A stretch of DNA of 64,000 nt from Schizochytrium sp. TIO01 (lineage: Eukaryota > Protista > Bigyra: Labyrinthulomycetes): positions 1,240,001 through 1,304,000 of the forward strand of contig SMSO01000035.1 of assembly GCA_004764695.1 (NCBI GenBank). Reading direction: 5' to 3'. The stretch's first letter is position 1; every line of letters starts with the position of its first letter. Under the pieces are notes generated by a model. That model saw only the letters and a list, made by a program, of their open reading frames with translations, ran no database searches and had not been told where the DNA came from. The position numbers were made by a program, and so were the translations under genes. Positions 22,085 through 33,942 of the stretch are shown here, piece by piece.

Positions 22085-22170
22085 ATAAACAAACAAATAA
22101 ACAAACAAACAAACAAACAAACAAACAAGCAAACAAACAAACAAGCAAACAAACAAACAAACAAACAAAC
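22085..22170. repeat. (AAAC)n microsatellite
   Basis: Direct reading. Confidence 0.9.
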
Positions 22171-22810
22171 TAACTAGCTTGACCAGAAACTGAAGAATTG
22201 AATTTGAGGCAGTGTAGAAAATCCTCAAGAGTAGGCATCCGCAGACTTTTCTTTGCCTTTTTTCTTTGCCTCTCAGGTCGAGACAACGCAAATTCTTCAC
22301 CCGAATGAATTCATACCATTCATGTCACTCATGTCATTCATTTGGCCTCCATTTCATTCCCCGCATCCTTCATAGTAGCTCTTATTGGCCTCCTAACCTA
22401 CCTAAGAACCAAAGAAAATGTTCATGAGAGATGGCCAAATAAGAACTATGAATAATTTTTCATAGTTATTTTAGTTTTTAACAAAAATCGTTTTAAACTA
22501 TAAAGGTTTAATTGATTTATAGAAAGGCTCGAAGGAAGCAAAACGCTATATACTCCACTTGCGTAAGGAATAACCCACTTCAAATATAGGCTTAACAAGT
22601 AGGTTATCAAATCTGTAAGTAGTTTATAAATATTTTTAAGTGTGGAAAGCGGAAGATCGGGCGAGATGGCGAACGGCCAAAGTCCTTTCGCTTGATTAGC
22701 GAGAGCTCGCTCCCGCGGCGGCGAGCGAGCAGCGCGGCGGACGACGGTCTACCGCGGGCCGTCAAGGGCCCATTGCCGGCCCTGGCCCCTGCCGCGCCGC
22801 CGACGACGCT

Positions 22811-25800
22811 ATGAGCGATCATCAGCAGCAGCGCGCCACGGCCTCGGCCTCGGCCAGACGACGCGACGTCGTCAACAACGACACCGAAAAGGACGGCAAA
22901 AAGGACGGCAAGAATGGCAATAAAATCAGAAAAGGTGGCGAAAGGTATACCGAGTCGGGTAAAGAGGATACCCGCAGGAAAGAATGCAGGGCAGGGACTG
23001 AGAAAGGCCTGGAGGTCGACACACGCAGGTTGAGAGGGGCTATTCCAATGGATCTTGGGCAAGATCTCGAGCACATCTCGAAGGAATTACGAGCAGAGCT
23101 TCTGAGAGAAAGCTCACCCAGCACCGCAAAGACTATGCCAGGGTCACTGGCGCAGCTGAGACAGAAACGTGGCTCCATCGACCAAGCGTATGATGACGAA
23201 GAAGATATTCACGATGATCATCATGAACATGGACATGAACTTGGCGGTAAGGATGGCGAGACGAATGATTCTAGTCAAGGAGCCACAGCAAAATCTTCTA
23301 AACATGAAAAGCCTAACTTGAAGATGCAAACTCAAATCCAGGCACAACACTCGTCGAGCGATAAGGTACGGAGACCGAAGAAGGCACACCATAGGTCAAG
23401 AACGGCAGATGCGAGCACCATTCGGAGGTCTGTGGCTCTTGCGAATGAACGTGAAAAACTTGCAAATCTTCATTTAGAGTCGACAGTAGGGGAGCAATCA
23501 GAAGGCAGCGCCAAAAAAGATGGTAAGAGTGAGGATAGGACTTCGAGGAGCCTCATAAGAACTCGCATGCGGCGTGTAGCCAGTGAACCTCGCGTTGTGC
23601 GTGACCTCGACCTTACGCAACGTGGTCTGGCCAAACTTGAGTCCACAGACTTCACGGAGGTCTACTTGACTTCGGACGACGAGGCACATGACAATCACGG
23701 TGGAAGCTCTGTTGACGGGCCTGATGCGGATGGAACGACAGTCCCGAACGGCCTTGACAACGTCGCCAAACACGGAGAGACTGGGGACTCCACAAGCCCA
23801 TTTTCGATGCGGTGGAAGAAATCAAGACGCAGTGGCGTAGGGACTAAGAAAAAGAAAAGAAACCGTAGGCATCGTGGCGAACCTGTGCAACATTCTTACT
23901 TTGTAGATGATAAAGGCGAAGTTCGAGATGAGTACGGCTTTCGCATTGAGGATACAGAGGACAAGTATTTGTGCCCTCCCTCGAGTGCCAATGGATCTCA
24001 CGCACCTGTACCTCACGATGCTAAAAAACGCATTCTTGGCAAGGAAGCTGGAAAGCGTAGGCAGAGGCGTGCCTGGGGAGAGGTTCTGGACGATTTTGCT
24101 GGCAATCTTACAAACATCCCTGCTGACGCTCTTGAGCGCTGGCGCAAGTATTACGCTACGGACCTCCCACCCGATAGTGCCGACAGATATTTACTGCAAA
24201 TTTCCTCGCCAACACCCGCTGCAGTACCCCCTGAGGTTCTTTCGCCCACCTCTGCACACAGGAGGCAATTCTCGCTGGCCTCTTCTGCATCACAGGATAG
24301 CATTGATCCTGCAGAGAAAGATAGTCCACGACGTGGGTCGCGGTCACTTTCATTTGGTTTTCATGTAGAAACTGTAGTGCGCAAATTTCTCGTGCGTGGG
24401 CACGGTAAAAAGAAAAATGAACGTGGTGAAGAAGGTGCCGGTGCTGGTCCCTCCTCCTCGGGAGAAGGCCAAGACACTGAGATGAGCCATCATCCAACAG
24501 CGGCCACATCGTCATTGTCGTCATCTAGCGGCCACCACCATCGCCACCACCACCACCACCACCACCACCACCAGCAACATCAAAAGCAAAAGCAAAATAT
24601 TCATAGTGAGCGATCTGAGAATGCCGGGAACATTGGTACAGAGGCCCCTTCAGGGGGGGGTCTCTCCACAGCTGGAATGCAGAATTCATCAAGCAATAAC
24701 AATGGGGCCTCTGGTGAAAGTAATAGGCATGTGGGCTCTGGTGGAAACAGTGGTGTAGGAGGAGTACATCATAATCAAGTACACGCTATGGAACCCTCTG
24801 CGACAAGTTCGCAGATTAAACACATTACACATGTGATTCGCCATTTTGGTATTCCTCCTCGACTCCGAAGAGAAATGTGGCTCATGTGCTCTGGTGCCTT
24901 AGAGAAGCAACGCAACAGTGGACCTACCGAACAGTACGAATATCTCGTGGCATGCGCCACCTCTGGTGACCGCGCACCGGAAATGGCTGAAATTATTGAA
25001 CGTGACTTGCATCGCACATTCCCAACAAATTATCATTTCGAGAACGAGGAAGGCATAACGCGAATGCGCCGCGTTCTTCTTGCTTACAGTTTGCGCAACA
25101 GGGCTATTGGATACTGTCAAAGTATGAACTTCCTAGTTGCGGTGTTACTTCTCCATATGGACGAAAATCTCGCTTTCTGGGCTCTTGCCAGTATTGTTGA
25201 AGACCTTGTGCCAGGTCATTATACAAAACAAATGACTGGAATGCACGTGGACCAGCGTGTTTTTGAATCTCTAGTCAAACAAAGGCTACCACGCCTCCAT
25301 GCGCATCTGGAATCTCTCGAGTTCCCTCTCGAGTTTGTGACTTACCAGTGGTTTTTATGCCTTTTTGTAAATTCTCTTCCTCTGGAGACTACGCTTCGTA
25401 TTTGGGATTGCTTTCTTCATGAAGGTGTTAAGGCCCTTTTTCGATCAGGACTAGCCATCCTCATGGTCTTGCAAAAAGAAATCATCTCCTGTGGAAGCTT
25501 TCAAGAGGTGTATGCTTGCATGTCACTTGCTGACAATCTCGAACGCAAGTCACAACTTACAGGGGATCGTGTTCTTCGTCTTGCTTATGATAGTATGGTA
25601 TTTAGGTCCTTTCCGTCATCAAAAATTTCGCAGCTTCGTTCAATGCACTTACCTGTGGTGCTGGAAAACCTCGGTCACCAAATTGATTGGACAGATTACA
25701 CATCTGGGCAGAGTGATCATGAATCGCAGGGGGCTTCAAGGCCAACTGTAACTCGTGCAAGCGAGGCAGTTGAAGAGAAGAATTACGATAGTACCTCGCA

Positions 25801-27616
25801 ATGTGCTGATAAAACCAAGCCCCCGTCTAGATGTAACTCTTCTTCGGGAACACATGTGTCACCTTCATCTCAACAAGCTACAAACATAGAATTGGATTGC
25901 CACACTAATGGTTCGGCGCACCTCCCGGACTCTTCAGACGAAAGTGAGAAGGACTCTTCAGATGATGTTGGATCAAAGCTCTCTCACACTCGTTCAGAAG
26001 GAATGATTTCACGGGAGGATAGTCTGGATAATGCAGGGTCCGAACACCCGATTCAGGAATCAATGTCTGGATCCTTCCATGACTTCCCTCAATTGCGTCA
26101 AAAGGTTGCACGTAGGCCATCTACTTCATTCAAGTATCAGCTACGTGTCGAAAGTGATCCTATGTCCACCATTTCCCAGCTTGGTATTCGTAGTCAGCGT
26201 CCAGCATCATTTAGTATGGAATCACCTTCCAAACTGGATTTGAGACATAACCATGGCAGCTTTGACCGCCACGCACCTCGACGTGCAAGTACTAATTCTC
26301 CTCCTATGGCAAACTACTATTCAAAATCTCTGCGTCCTGGTGGCCACAGACTGCGCAACACTTCCCCTGCGTGGCGCTCCTTGGATAGTACATATGCAGA
26401 TGATGAAGGGGATAATGATACCTTCTATGAAGATGAGCGTTATGATGACGGGGACGATGAAGATGATGGTTTGGCTTCTTCATCTGAAGCAAGAGCTGGT
26501 GCGAAACCGAATTCATCTGATCATGACAAAGACGACGCTGGCAGTTTCATTGAAGTCTCATCACAGCAGGAAGACTATGATAGTTCGCACATATCTGGAC
26601 GAACTGAATTGTCTCAGACTCTCACATTATCTGCGCTTACCTCTAATGCTGATAGCAATGAAGATATTCATGCAAGCTCGCCCCGCTCTCACCGTCAGAA
26701 TGGGGATATTCAGGGTGGCGGATCTGCTGCTGCTGATGACGATGAAGAGGAAGAGGAGGATGACGAAGAAGATGACGACGACGACGACGACGACGCTTCT
26801 GATCTCCCAAGTGAGTTTTCTGGTCTTCTGCCATCTCTGGCGTATGTGATGTCAGCAAGGCAAATTGATCTTAACGAACGTGACTTACCTAGAGCAGCAA
26901 CGTCAGGGCCTGACGCATCGCTTAAGTCTCCGTTGTATGAAGAAGTAGAGAGGAGCTCATCTCATGATTTGTCAACGGCGATGACCTCCGCAAGTTTTAA
27001 AGATACTCCCCTTCGAACGAAAGAAAACATTTCACGAACTACCGTGGATCGTTGGAGGGATGACCAACGACCATCCACCGCTCCGGCTTCTTCGAGCGTG
27101 GACTCCGTATCTAGTACTTCTATGCAAAACAAGGCCGCAGCGTCTCGCAGGGGCGAAACTAGCTGGGCTAATGACGCTGGAATTCGAGTACGGGGCAGTG
27201 GAGGCACCACGAGTGACAAACAGGAACGTTCACAATTAGATAAAACCGATAGCTCGAGTCGGGATCCTTTTGCTGATGATGCCGGTATCCGTGTGACTGG
27301 GGTTAACGAAGGTGCAAGCTCCACTCCTCGCCATACAGTTAGCCATGACCCTGTTATAACACAGAGAAGCATGAGCACTAAGAGCAATGCAAGTGCTATG
27401 AGCGCTCGCAGCACTCCTTCCAGCACAGGTAACGACAAATATAGCGCCAATAAGTCTGCTACCACAGATAGGAACAGTAACAGTAATAGCGATAGCATCA
27501 ATAGCAACAGTGGTGTTGATGCTTCGCAGGACCACCAACCTGCCGCAACATTGAAAAAGAAGAAGCGGGGTTTGTTCGCGCGGATCGGTTGGCAGCATAA
27601 TCGTAAATCCTTGTAG
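22811..27616 (+). CDS. TBC-domain Rab GTPase-activating protein with long low-complexity extensions (1601 aa)
   Basis: RDEYGF, GIPPRLRREMW, arginine finger IERDLHRTFP, glutamine finger GYCQSMNF, QWFLCLF, LRIWDCF; poly-His and poly-Asp/Glu tracts; uninterrupted 4.8-kb ORF. Confidence 0.92.
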   Translation: MSDHQQQRATASASARRRDVVNNDTEKDGKKDGKNGNKIRKGGERYTESGKEDTRRKECRAGTEKGLEVDTRRLRGAIPMDLGQDLEHISKELRAELLRESSPSTAKTMPGSLAQLRQKRGSIDQAYDDEEDIHDDHHEHGHELGGKDGETNDSSQGATAKSSKHEKPNLKMQTQIQAQHSSSDKVRRPKKAHHRSRTADASTIRRSVALANEREKLANLHLESTVGEQSEGSAKKDGKSEDRTSRSLIRTRMRRVASEPRVVRDLDLTQRGLAKLESTDFTEVYLTSDDEAHDNHGGSSVDGPDADGTTVPNGLDNVAKHGETGDSTSPFSMRWKKSRRSGVGTKKKKRNRRHRGEPVQHSYFVDDKGEVRDEYGFRIEDTEDKYLCPPSSANGSHAPVPHDAKKRILGKEAGKRRQRRAWGEVLDDFAGNLTNIPADALERWRKYYATDLPPDSADRYLLQISSPTPAAVPPEVLSPTSAHRRQFSLASSASQDSIDPAEKDSPRRGSRSLSFGFHVETVVRKFLVRGHGKKKNERGEEGAGAGPSSSGEGQDTEMSHHPTAATSSLSSSSGHHHRHHHHHHHHHQQHQKQKQNIHSERSENAGNIGTEAPSGGGLSTAGMQNSSSNNNGASGESNRHVGSGGNSGVGGVHHNQVHAMEPSATSSQIKHITHVIRHFGIPPRLRREMWLMCSGALEKQRNSGPTEQYEYLVACATSGDRAPEMAEIIERDLHRTFPTNYHFENEEGITRMRRVLLAYSLRNRAIGYCQSMNFLVAVLLLHMDENLAFWALASIVEDLVPGHYTKQMTGMHVDQRVFESLVKQRLPRLHAHLESLEFPLEFVTYQWFLCLFVNSLPLETTLRIWDCFLHEGVKALFRSGLAILMVLQKEIISCGSFQEVYACMSLADNLERKSQLTGDRVLRLAYDSMVFRSFPSSKISQLRSMHLPVVLENLGHQIDWTDYTSGQSDHESQGASRPTVTRASEAVEEKNYDSTSQCADKTKPPSRCNSSSGTHVSPSSQQATNIELDCHTNGSAHLPDSSDESEKDSSDDVGSKLSHTRSEGMISREDSLDNAGSEHPIQESMSGSFHDFPQLRQKVARRPSTSFKYQLRVESDPMSTISQLGIRSQRPASFSMESPSKLDLRHNHGSFDRHAPRRASTNSPPMANYYSKSLRPGGHRLRNTSPAWRSLDSTYADDEGDNDTFYEDERYDDGDDEDDGLASSSEARAGAKPNSSDHDKDDAGSFIEVSSQQEDYDSSHISGRTELSQTLTLSALTSNADSNEDIHASSPRSHRQNGDIQGGGSAAADDDEEEEEDDEEDDDDDDDDASDLPSEFSGLLPSLAYVMSARQIDLNERDLPRAATSGPDASLKSPLYEEVERSSSHDLSTAMTSASFKDTPLRTKENISRTTVDRWRDDQRPSTAPASSSVDSVSSTSMQNKAAASRRGETSWANDAGIRVRGSGGTTSDKQERSQLDKTDSSSRDPFADDAGIRVTGVNEGASSTPRHTVSHDPVITQRSMSTKSNASAMSARSTPSSTGNDKYSANKSATTDRNSNSNSDSINSNSGVDASQDHQPAATLKKKKRGLFARIGWQHNRKSL

Positions 27617-27999
27617 AATTTCTTTCTGGATTGCTATTTTGACCCTTCTTTCTTTTTGTAACTGATTTCAAGTTTTCTCTGTATCATGAATGCCGAAAGA
27701 TGCGCATCTATGATTTATACATATGATATCTATTTTTTCTTCTTCTCATTTTTCTGTACTTCTCTGTTTCGTGTGGGCGTTGGAAGGTTATTCTGCTCAT
27801 GTCGGAAAAATTGTACCTAGTTCAAGTGGAAACGAAAGTTTTAACACATGAAATTTCAGAACAAATGTCTAAATGATATTTTGAAATTATAGAATCTCAT
27901 TACTTCTCTGTAATGTATAGAACTGCTCAGTACCAAATGAACATGTGTATGGTATTATCAAAAAATGGATTTTACACTTGTACTGTGTACTGATATGAA

Positions 28000-29460
28000 T
28001 TATTCATCTTGAACCTTCCACATGGATACTAGGTAGTTTGATAGTTGGTGTATATCATTTTTAATAGCTTGTTTCTTGCTAGCCTCCAACTCTTGTTGCT
28101 GTGACCGTGCGTGAACTTTGACTTGCCTGAGTTCGCCAGCCAACTTTCGCCTTTGGCTTGAATATCCTGCCAGCAATTTGTGGCGATTCTCCTCAGTACG
28201 CCGAAGAACGTCTCGGTAAGTTTCCCGTGCCTTTCGAGCGGCTACAAGCTCTTCGTCTTCTTCTGCGTCTGTGGCTTCCTTTCCTTCCTTAGTTTCAGCA
28301 CTGCCATCCTGTAAAGAAGCTACATTTGCACCAGCAAGAAGGCTTCGAGATGCACGTTCAGAGTCCCATAGCTCGGATGCCGGGCGAAGGCGATATATGC
28401 GTCGACTTTGAGTCATGCGAAAGATGAGTTTTCGGTCTGCAATGTCCCCACCACTTCCATTCATTTCCAAAATCCTGTCAATGAGTGGGCTATGTGCATA
28501 TTCCATAGTAGAATGTGAGCTCGATGTTTCCACATTAACGAGGCCTTGGACAGATGGCCCGGCATCTTCAAGTTTCTGTTCAAATTGTACAAGAGCTAAA
28601 TGCCCTGCGTCTGCAGATGGAGATCCGTTTGACAAGGTTGGGATTAGCGCAAGCGCGTTATCATCCTCGTTTGCTGCATCGTTAGAGTTTCCAAACATGA
28701 GACGTATAATTGAACCACGCCCTCTACGATCATTGTTTCCGTCGCCTCCCCAATGGGATATTTCTGGTTTCCGAGGAGCTGCAGAACCATAGATCCACTG
28801 ACTAAGGGTTTGGGCGACATAAAGCTTAAAGTTGGCATCAAAATGTCCTTTAGAGCCGGGATATGCAGTACTGTAGGCCAACGAAATGCACTGTGCGATG
28901 CCATCGTCAAAGTGTTTCATAAAGCTGTCTTTGACTTTTGGGTGAAGCCCTACATGCAAGTGGAAATAGAGAGTGGCAAGCTCGTCAAATAAACGGCTAC
29001 GGGCATGTCTGATTCGTGCAGGCTCCTGGTCAGAAAATTTTGAACGCAAATGATTAAGAACCACGTAGTCCATAAAGGTCCACCAAAACGCTACCTCAGC
29101 AAACCGCTTGGACGCACGCTTTGCAAACTGCTTTCTCCAATTCGCTTTAGCTTTTAAAGAAATAAACTTGTAGCTATCTGTGATAGTACTCACCAATGAG
29201 CTGTACTCAACTCGTGCAGGAAGTCCTGGACATATAAAGTCATCAATCATAGCCCATTCAATACGTTCATCTTCAATTCGAGCTTGCTTATTATGATGAT
29301 GAAGAGAATGGTGCGGACGGTTTTGAGATGCATTTGATGGCGAGGCCCGAATATGATTGTCGCGTTGTTTGCTTTCGTCAAAAGTATGATGATTCTGCTC
29401 CAGCTCAGTCACAAAAGCGCCATTGCTCCTGTTCTCAAACGAAGACTCTGTTGTCGCCAT
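28000..29460 (-). CDS. FAM227-like protein (FWWh domain)
   Basis: VAFWWTF followed by LFDELATLY, KDSF...F...IAQ and AYPGS, the pattern of the FWWh/FAM227 family; coiled-coil C-terminus. Confidence 0.75.
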   Translation of the reverse strand: MATTESSFENRSNGAFVTELEQNHHTFDESKQRDNHIRASPSNASQNRPHHSLHHHNKQARIEDERIEWAMIDDFICPGLPARVEYSSLVSTITDSYKFISLKAKANWRKQFAKRASKRFAEVAFWWTFMDYVVLNHLRSKFSDQEPARIRHARSRLFDELATLYFHLHVGLHPKVKDSFMKHFDDGIAQCISLAYSTAYPGSKGHFDANFKLYVAQTLSQWIYGSAAPRKPEISHWGGDGNNDRRGRGSIIRLMFGNSNDAANEDDNALALIPTLSNGSPSADAGHLALVQFEQKLEDAGPSVQGLVNVETSSSHSTMEYAHSPLIDRILEMNGSGGDIADRKLIFRMTQSRRIYRLRPASELWDSERASRSLLAGANVASLQDGSAETKEGKEATDAEEDEELVAARKARETYRDVLRRTEENRHKLLAGYSSQRRKLAGELRQVKVHARSQQQELEASKKQAIKNDIHQLSNYLVSMWKVQDE

Positions 29461-31108
29461 GAGGGGACTAATTCGTAGATACCAGAGTTTAGAGACTCTT
29501 GTTGCAACTCCTTATAAGACAGTACTCTCAAATGATTCTTCGTAGACAAGCTGAGCTTTATGTACGCACCAGGCCGAATTAATTGAAGAAGTACTTTTTC
29601 TTTCCTCACGAATGGGGCAGTTAAAGCGCAGCTTCAGCGGTGAATATGCTGAGAAGCAGAAATATGCCTGCTCTGACTTTGACAGCTTCTAGCAAAAGTA
29701 TGCTTGATAGGAAGAGTAGTACTACTAGCGTCCTATTAATTGAAGTTAAACATCTATAATAAGTTCGATGTAAATGATTGATATTGCTCGCTCTCACCTG
29801 CCACCCCTAGAAAACAACATTGACGTAGGTTGAAGCACCAATGGTTACTAGGCTATACATTATATATAGCCTGGAAAGCACTTGTACCACGACTTTAGTC
29901 GTGATTGCTTAGACCACCTGACTATTAATGTAAAAAATAGGAACAGATCAGCAGTTCCCTCAGTCCGCGGCACAGTACACACCTTACCTGAACTGGAGGC
30001 TGAAGTTCCCTTTTCTGGGAAGGTGTGTAATCTAAGATGTCATGATGTGTGAAACTAGAGTGAACGGATGCATATTCAGCTTAAGTCTTTCATATGTAAC
30101 TGCTTACCTTGTTATTTTTACTTTCCTCTCCTTCTTAATGTTTTGTAATAGCTTGATCTGAGATATCCACACAAAAGAATGTTTATAATCTGAGAAAGAT
30201 CGCTTGGGGCTCCGGGCTGGAAAATTAAATAAATTAGAAAACCTTGTGCATAGTGTCAATGCCATCATCAGTAAACCTTTGAATATGGGTCATGAAAGAC
30301 CTGGAGCTGGCTAAAATCAGCCTCCTCCTGATAAGGCGCCCTGAAATGTCTTCTGAAGGTTTGAGAGTCGGGCGAGCTGGACAAAAGCCGTAGCATGTCT
30401 GGTTCTTCATTGGGGAAATCGATTTGAATATTCGAAGAGTTTGTTGGCTGACGTCTGAAAAATGATGATTCATTTTCATTTCTAGAAGAAGGATCTTTAG
30501 AAGATCCTATAAGTCAAGAACAAGAGTAAGAAGGGTTAAGAAATAAGAACAGCAATAATGAATGCACTCCAGGTATGGTCATCAGTCTGCGAAGAAATTT
30601 TATTAGTATTTTTTTGTTTTCAGTATTGAAGGTCACTCACTCACTCGCTCACTCGCACATAACTTCGCTCTGTTTTTTCTTTTTTTAAAGATTGGCCATG
30701 TGAAGCTCGTCCAGAAATGCAAGGGACGACGATATACTGTCGGTATCCTTAATAACCAGAAAGGTTTTAAGATCATGGGACATCCCTTGTTGTCCCAGCC
30801 TCGCTAGCAAGATGGATAATTTTTGTCACTTTTCTGGAGATGACGAGTTCGAGACTTGATGATCTTCATGACGTTAAAAATATGGATGCGACGGAGCCAA
30901 AAGGAGGAAGAGAAGGAAAGGGATGACATGAGGAGGAAAGAAGGAGAGGGCAAAAGAGGGGCTGCAAGCAAAAAAGTGTGGTTGGGTAAGAAAATCCATA
31001 CATAATGAAGGCAGCACCAAGAAACGTCGAAGCGAGACCCTCTCGAAGAGCCACGCAAAATACAGACCCGGTTGCTCTATTACAACATCCCTATAGGTTC
31101 GCCAATGT

Positions 31109-32401
31109 TTACTCCTGCTTGGAAGCGGGCTCAGATGCTGCGGGTTCGGACGCTGCCTCAGACGCTGGCGCTTCAGTAGCTTGTACTGGTGCTTGTTCAG
31201 CCTGGGCTGGTGCAGGGGCTGGTGCAGGAGCTGATACAGGTACAGGCGATGGTGACTCCGCTGAGTTAGGCTCAGCGCCATCCGTGGCAGCCTTGTCCTG
31301 TTTCTCAACCTTCTCGCTGGATTTAGGCGCAGGCGCTGGCATGCGTGAGAGCGTATCAGTGAGTAAGTTTCGCTCCTCGATGAACTGCTGATCTGCGTTG
31401 TCTGCGTTAAGATTTGCCAGATAAGATATGATCTTATCACGGTTTCGTGAGAGGATCTGCGCGACAGGTTCACTCTTGCGGGGGTTTGCCACAAAGACCT
31501 TGAAGACGTGGAAAGCTTCCATCTGAATTGCGGGGCTCTTGACACGCATGAGCGTCATGATGAGCTTGAGGTTGTTGCGGTCGCTGATGTAGTTCATCAT
31601 AACATTGTAATTCTGGCGGTCAAGAAGCAACTCTCCCAGTAGTTTCAGACTCTGGCGCTGAGTGACATACTGGTCGGAGACGAGAAGCTGATTGTACTTG
31701 GCAAAGAAGTGGTCGTAGTTCTCCACGAGAAACTTGAGTACTGAAGGCTTGAGCTTGGGGTTCGTAAGAGCGTCGCGGAATGTTGCAAAAGCATCTGAGC
31801 TGATGTCAAAGGATTCGCACACGAGATATTGATCAAAGAACTTGTCGAAGGCCCAGCAGTTGGGCTCATAGAACTCTGCTGCGAGAAACTCATAGCGCAG
31901 GCAGTCGCGAAGCAAGGATCCACAGTGAAGAGCAATACCAGGGTCTGCGAAGAGCTCGACCAGTAGGCAGATAACCTGCTTAGAGCGGGCACGAAGGTAC
32001 TTCGTAGCAAACTGAGCGAGGTCGCCGTGGATCATGTATGAAAGAACATGCACAGCGTCGTTACGAGCCTCGAAAGGGAGTACACCAAGGTTCTGGATGA
32101 GCGTGAGTGGAACGCCTTGCGTCTGCAAACTCGTGGCTAGAGTAACGCTATCTTCACGCTTCGGAGGGTTCTCCGTCGTTCCACACATCATACTGCGCAC
32201 TTCCACGAGGCGCTTGCCAACAGCCTCTAGTGCAGCGCTGTCTTCAGGAGAGAGTGTAGCAGTGCTCCAGCTAGAAGACAAGGGCGGGAGCGTACCCGGT
32301 TCCAGAGGCTTGGTCAAAACCATGCTCACGTTGCGGAGGGCCTCAATCAGCAAATCTGTCAGGCCCTTCGCCGACTTTTTCTTCTTAAACATGAATGCCA
32401 T
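31109..32401 (-). CDS. MO25: MO25 / calcium-binding protein 39 family scaffold with Pro/Ala/Glu-rich C-terminal tail
   Basis: FDISSDAFATF, YVTQRQSLKLLGELLLDRQN, NLKLIM and IQMEAFHVFKVFVANP are hallmark MO25 motifs. Confidence 0.95.
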   Translation of the reverse strand: MAFMFKKKKSAKGLTDLLIEALRNVSMVLTKPLEPGTLPPLSSSWSTATLSPEDSAALEAVGKRLVEVRSMMCGTTENPPKREDSVTLATSLQTQGVPLTLIQNLGVLPFEARNDAVHVLSYMIHGDLAQFATKYLRARSKQVICLLVELFADPGIALHCGSLLRDCLRYEFLAAEFYEPNCWAFDKFFDQYLVCESFDISSDAFATFRDALTNPKLKPSVLKFLVENYDHFFAKYNQLLVSDQYVTQRQSLKLLGELLLDRQNYNVMMNYISDRNNLKLIMTLMRVKSPAIQMEAFHVFKVFVANPRKSEPVAQILSRNRDKIISYLANLNADNADQQFIEERNLLTDTLSRMPAPAPKSSEKVEKQDKAATDGAEPNSAESPSPVPVSAPAPAPAPAQAEQAPVQATEAPASEAASEPAASEPASKQE

Positions 32402-33942
32402 GATGCCCTAATCAAATTCAAAACGAAACGGAGGGAAATAAATCTACTCGAAAGAACTGGCACTAAGCACTACGAATACTGGCCAAATCTACTTTGTAAA
32501 ATGATCTTTTGCAGGAGAGGTGATCCACGAATATCGTAACAAGCAAGTCACGGATGCTGGCACTCAAATATGCAGCAGAACAACGTCTCTCGCTCACGCT
32601 AAATCACCTCTAACAAACTTCAGTACCACGTGGAACAAGGCAAAGTTTGTCGATGACCGTAATCTTATTCTGCAGACGAGAGTTAATCAGGTACGCTCAC
32701 AAGGATCTCTCGCAACGAATGGTTGATGTTTTTACAAACGTTTGTATGTATATATGATGTAATCTATATACAATTCAAGATATGCCAATTCGATTCACTG
32801 TAGACCTTATGTGTAGACCCGCGCGAGTGTGCCACAAGTCGTTTGTATGTGCGTTTGTTTGTGTGTTTGTTTGTTTGTGAGTTTGGCTGATTGATTCTCT
32901 GCCTCCTTGGTCTCGTGTACCTATTTAGATCTATGACACTGAGAGATAGAGGGATAGAGATAGGATCACCGAGGAGAGAGCGAGCTGAGCGCCTCAGGCC
33001 GCCGAGGAGAGAGCGAGCTTGTGCTAGCTCGACAGGAGTCCGCCTGCGGAAAGGACCGGCGACGGTCCTTCCTCAGAGCCCTCTGATTTATTTCCGCAAG
33101 CGAGTCCGGGCGCAAGGATGGCCCAGCGGGAGGGGTGGCTCGAGGCGGCGGCGGCGGAAGGGAACAGCAGAAAAGGCACTGAGGATTCAAGAGAAAGAGA
33201 GAAAATAGGTAAAAGATAGATTAGCAAAGACAAAAGAGGTAAAAGAGGCTTCCAGGTCAGTACTGAATCCGTAGGAACTCCTTAAGCACTCTGAACCGTT
33301 ATGGTTATTCCTAACAGGAAAGTAGAAAGAAAGCTGAGAATAGGAGAGAATCAATAGAAGTAACAAATACTAAAATGCACGAGGCAACAAAGATCGACCG
33401 TCGATGGCGTATTAGACCAACTTCAACATCATCGTCATATGATCTCTAATGGCCAATATCCAACACAGCCTATCGTATTCGAGGAAGCACTGCGAGCCTT
33501 GCGTCATACCAATGGCACGCGCTTGTTTCCAAGCTTTCGCGACATTTTACACAGGCCTAGTACCTCACTAATTTGTACCTTGCCATAGGAGTCACTCACC
33601 GCCGATAGCCATTGACAGAACAGAGAACACTATGGAACAGAACGGACAGAAAGAGTAGTGGGTAGGTGCGTAGCTACTGCTGGTGCTACGCTAGTAGCAA
33701 TGGTCTAGTAGCAATAGCACCTAGGCCCCACTACTGTCCAGGACGAGTCGCTCATCGAACCTATTTTCGTAGATGACTGTTAGCGAGGTTCCTATGTGTT
33801 TCCAAAACTTAAGATAAATATTTTAAGATTAATTTTAAAGCTGGTTTTAAAACTAATTTTCATTTTAAGAAGTTTTTTTTTTTTTTAAATTAAATAATAA
33901 TAAACCTAAATTATTTTAAAGATTATAAAAAGCTCCAGTCAC

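Noticed and set aside
4241-29460. Functional cluster of cytoskeletal/ciliary genes (myosin, BART, kinesin, FAM227)
   Set aside because: These are large, common gene classes interspersed with unrelated genes; nothing in the sequence indicates co-regulation.
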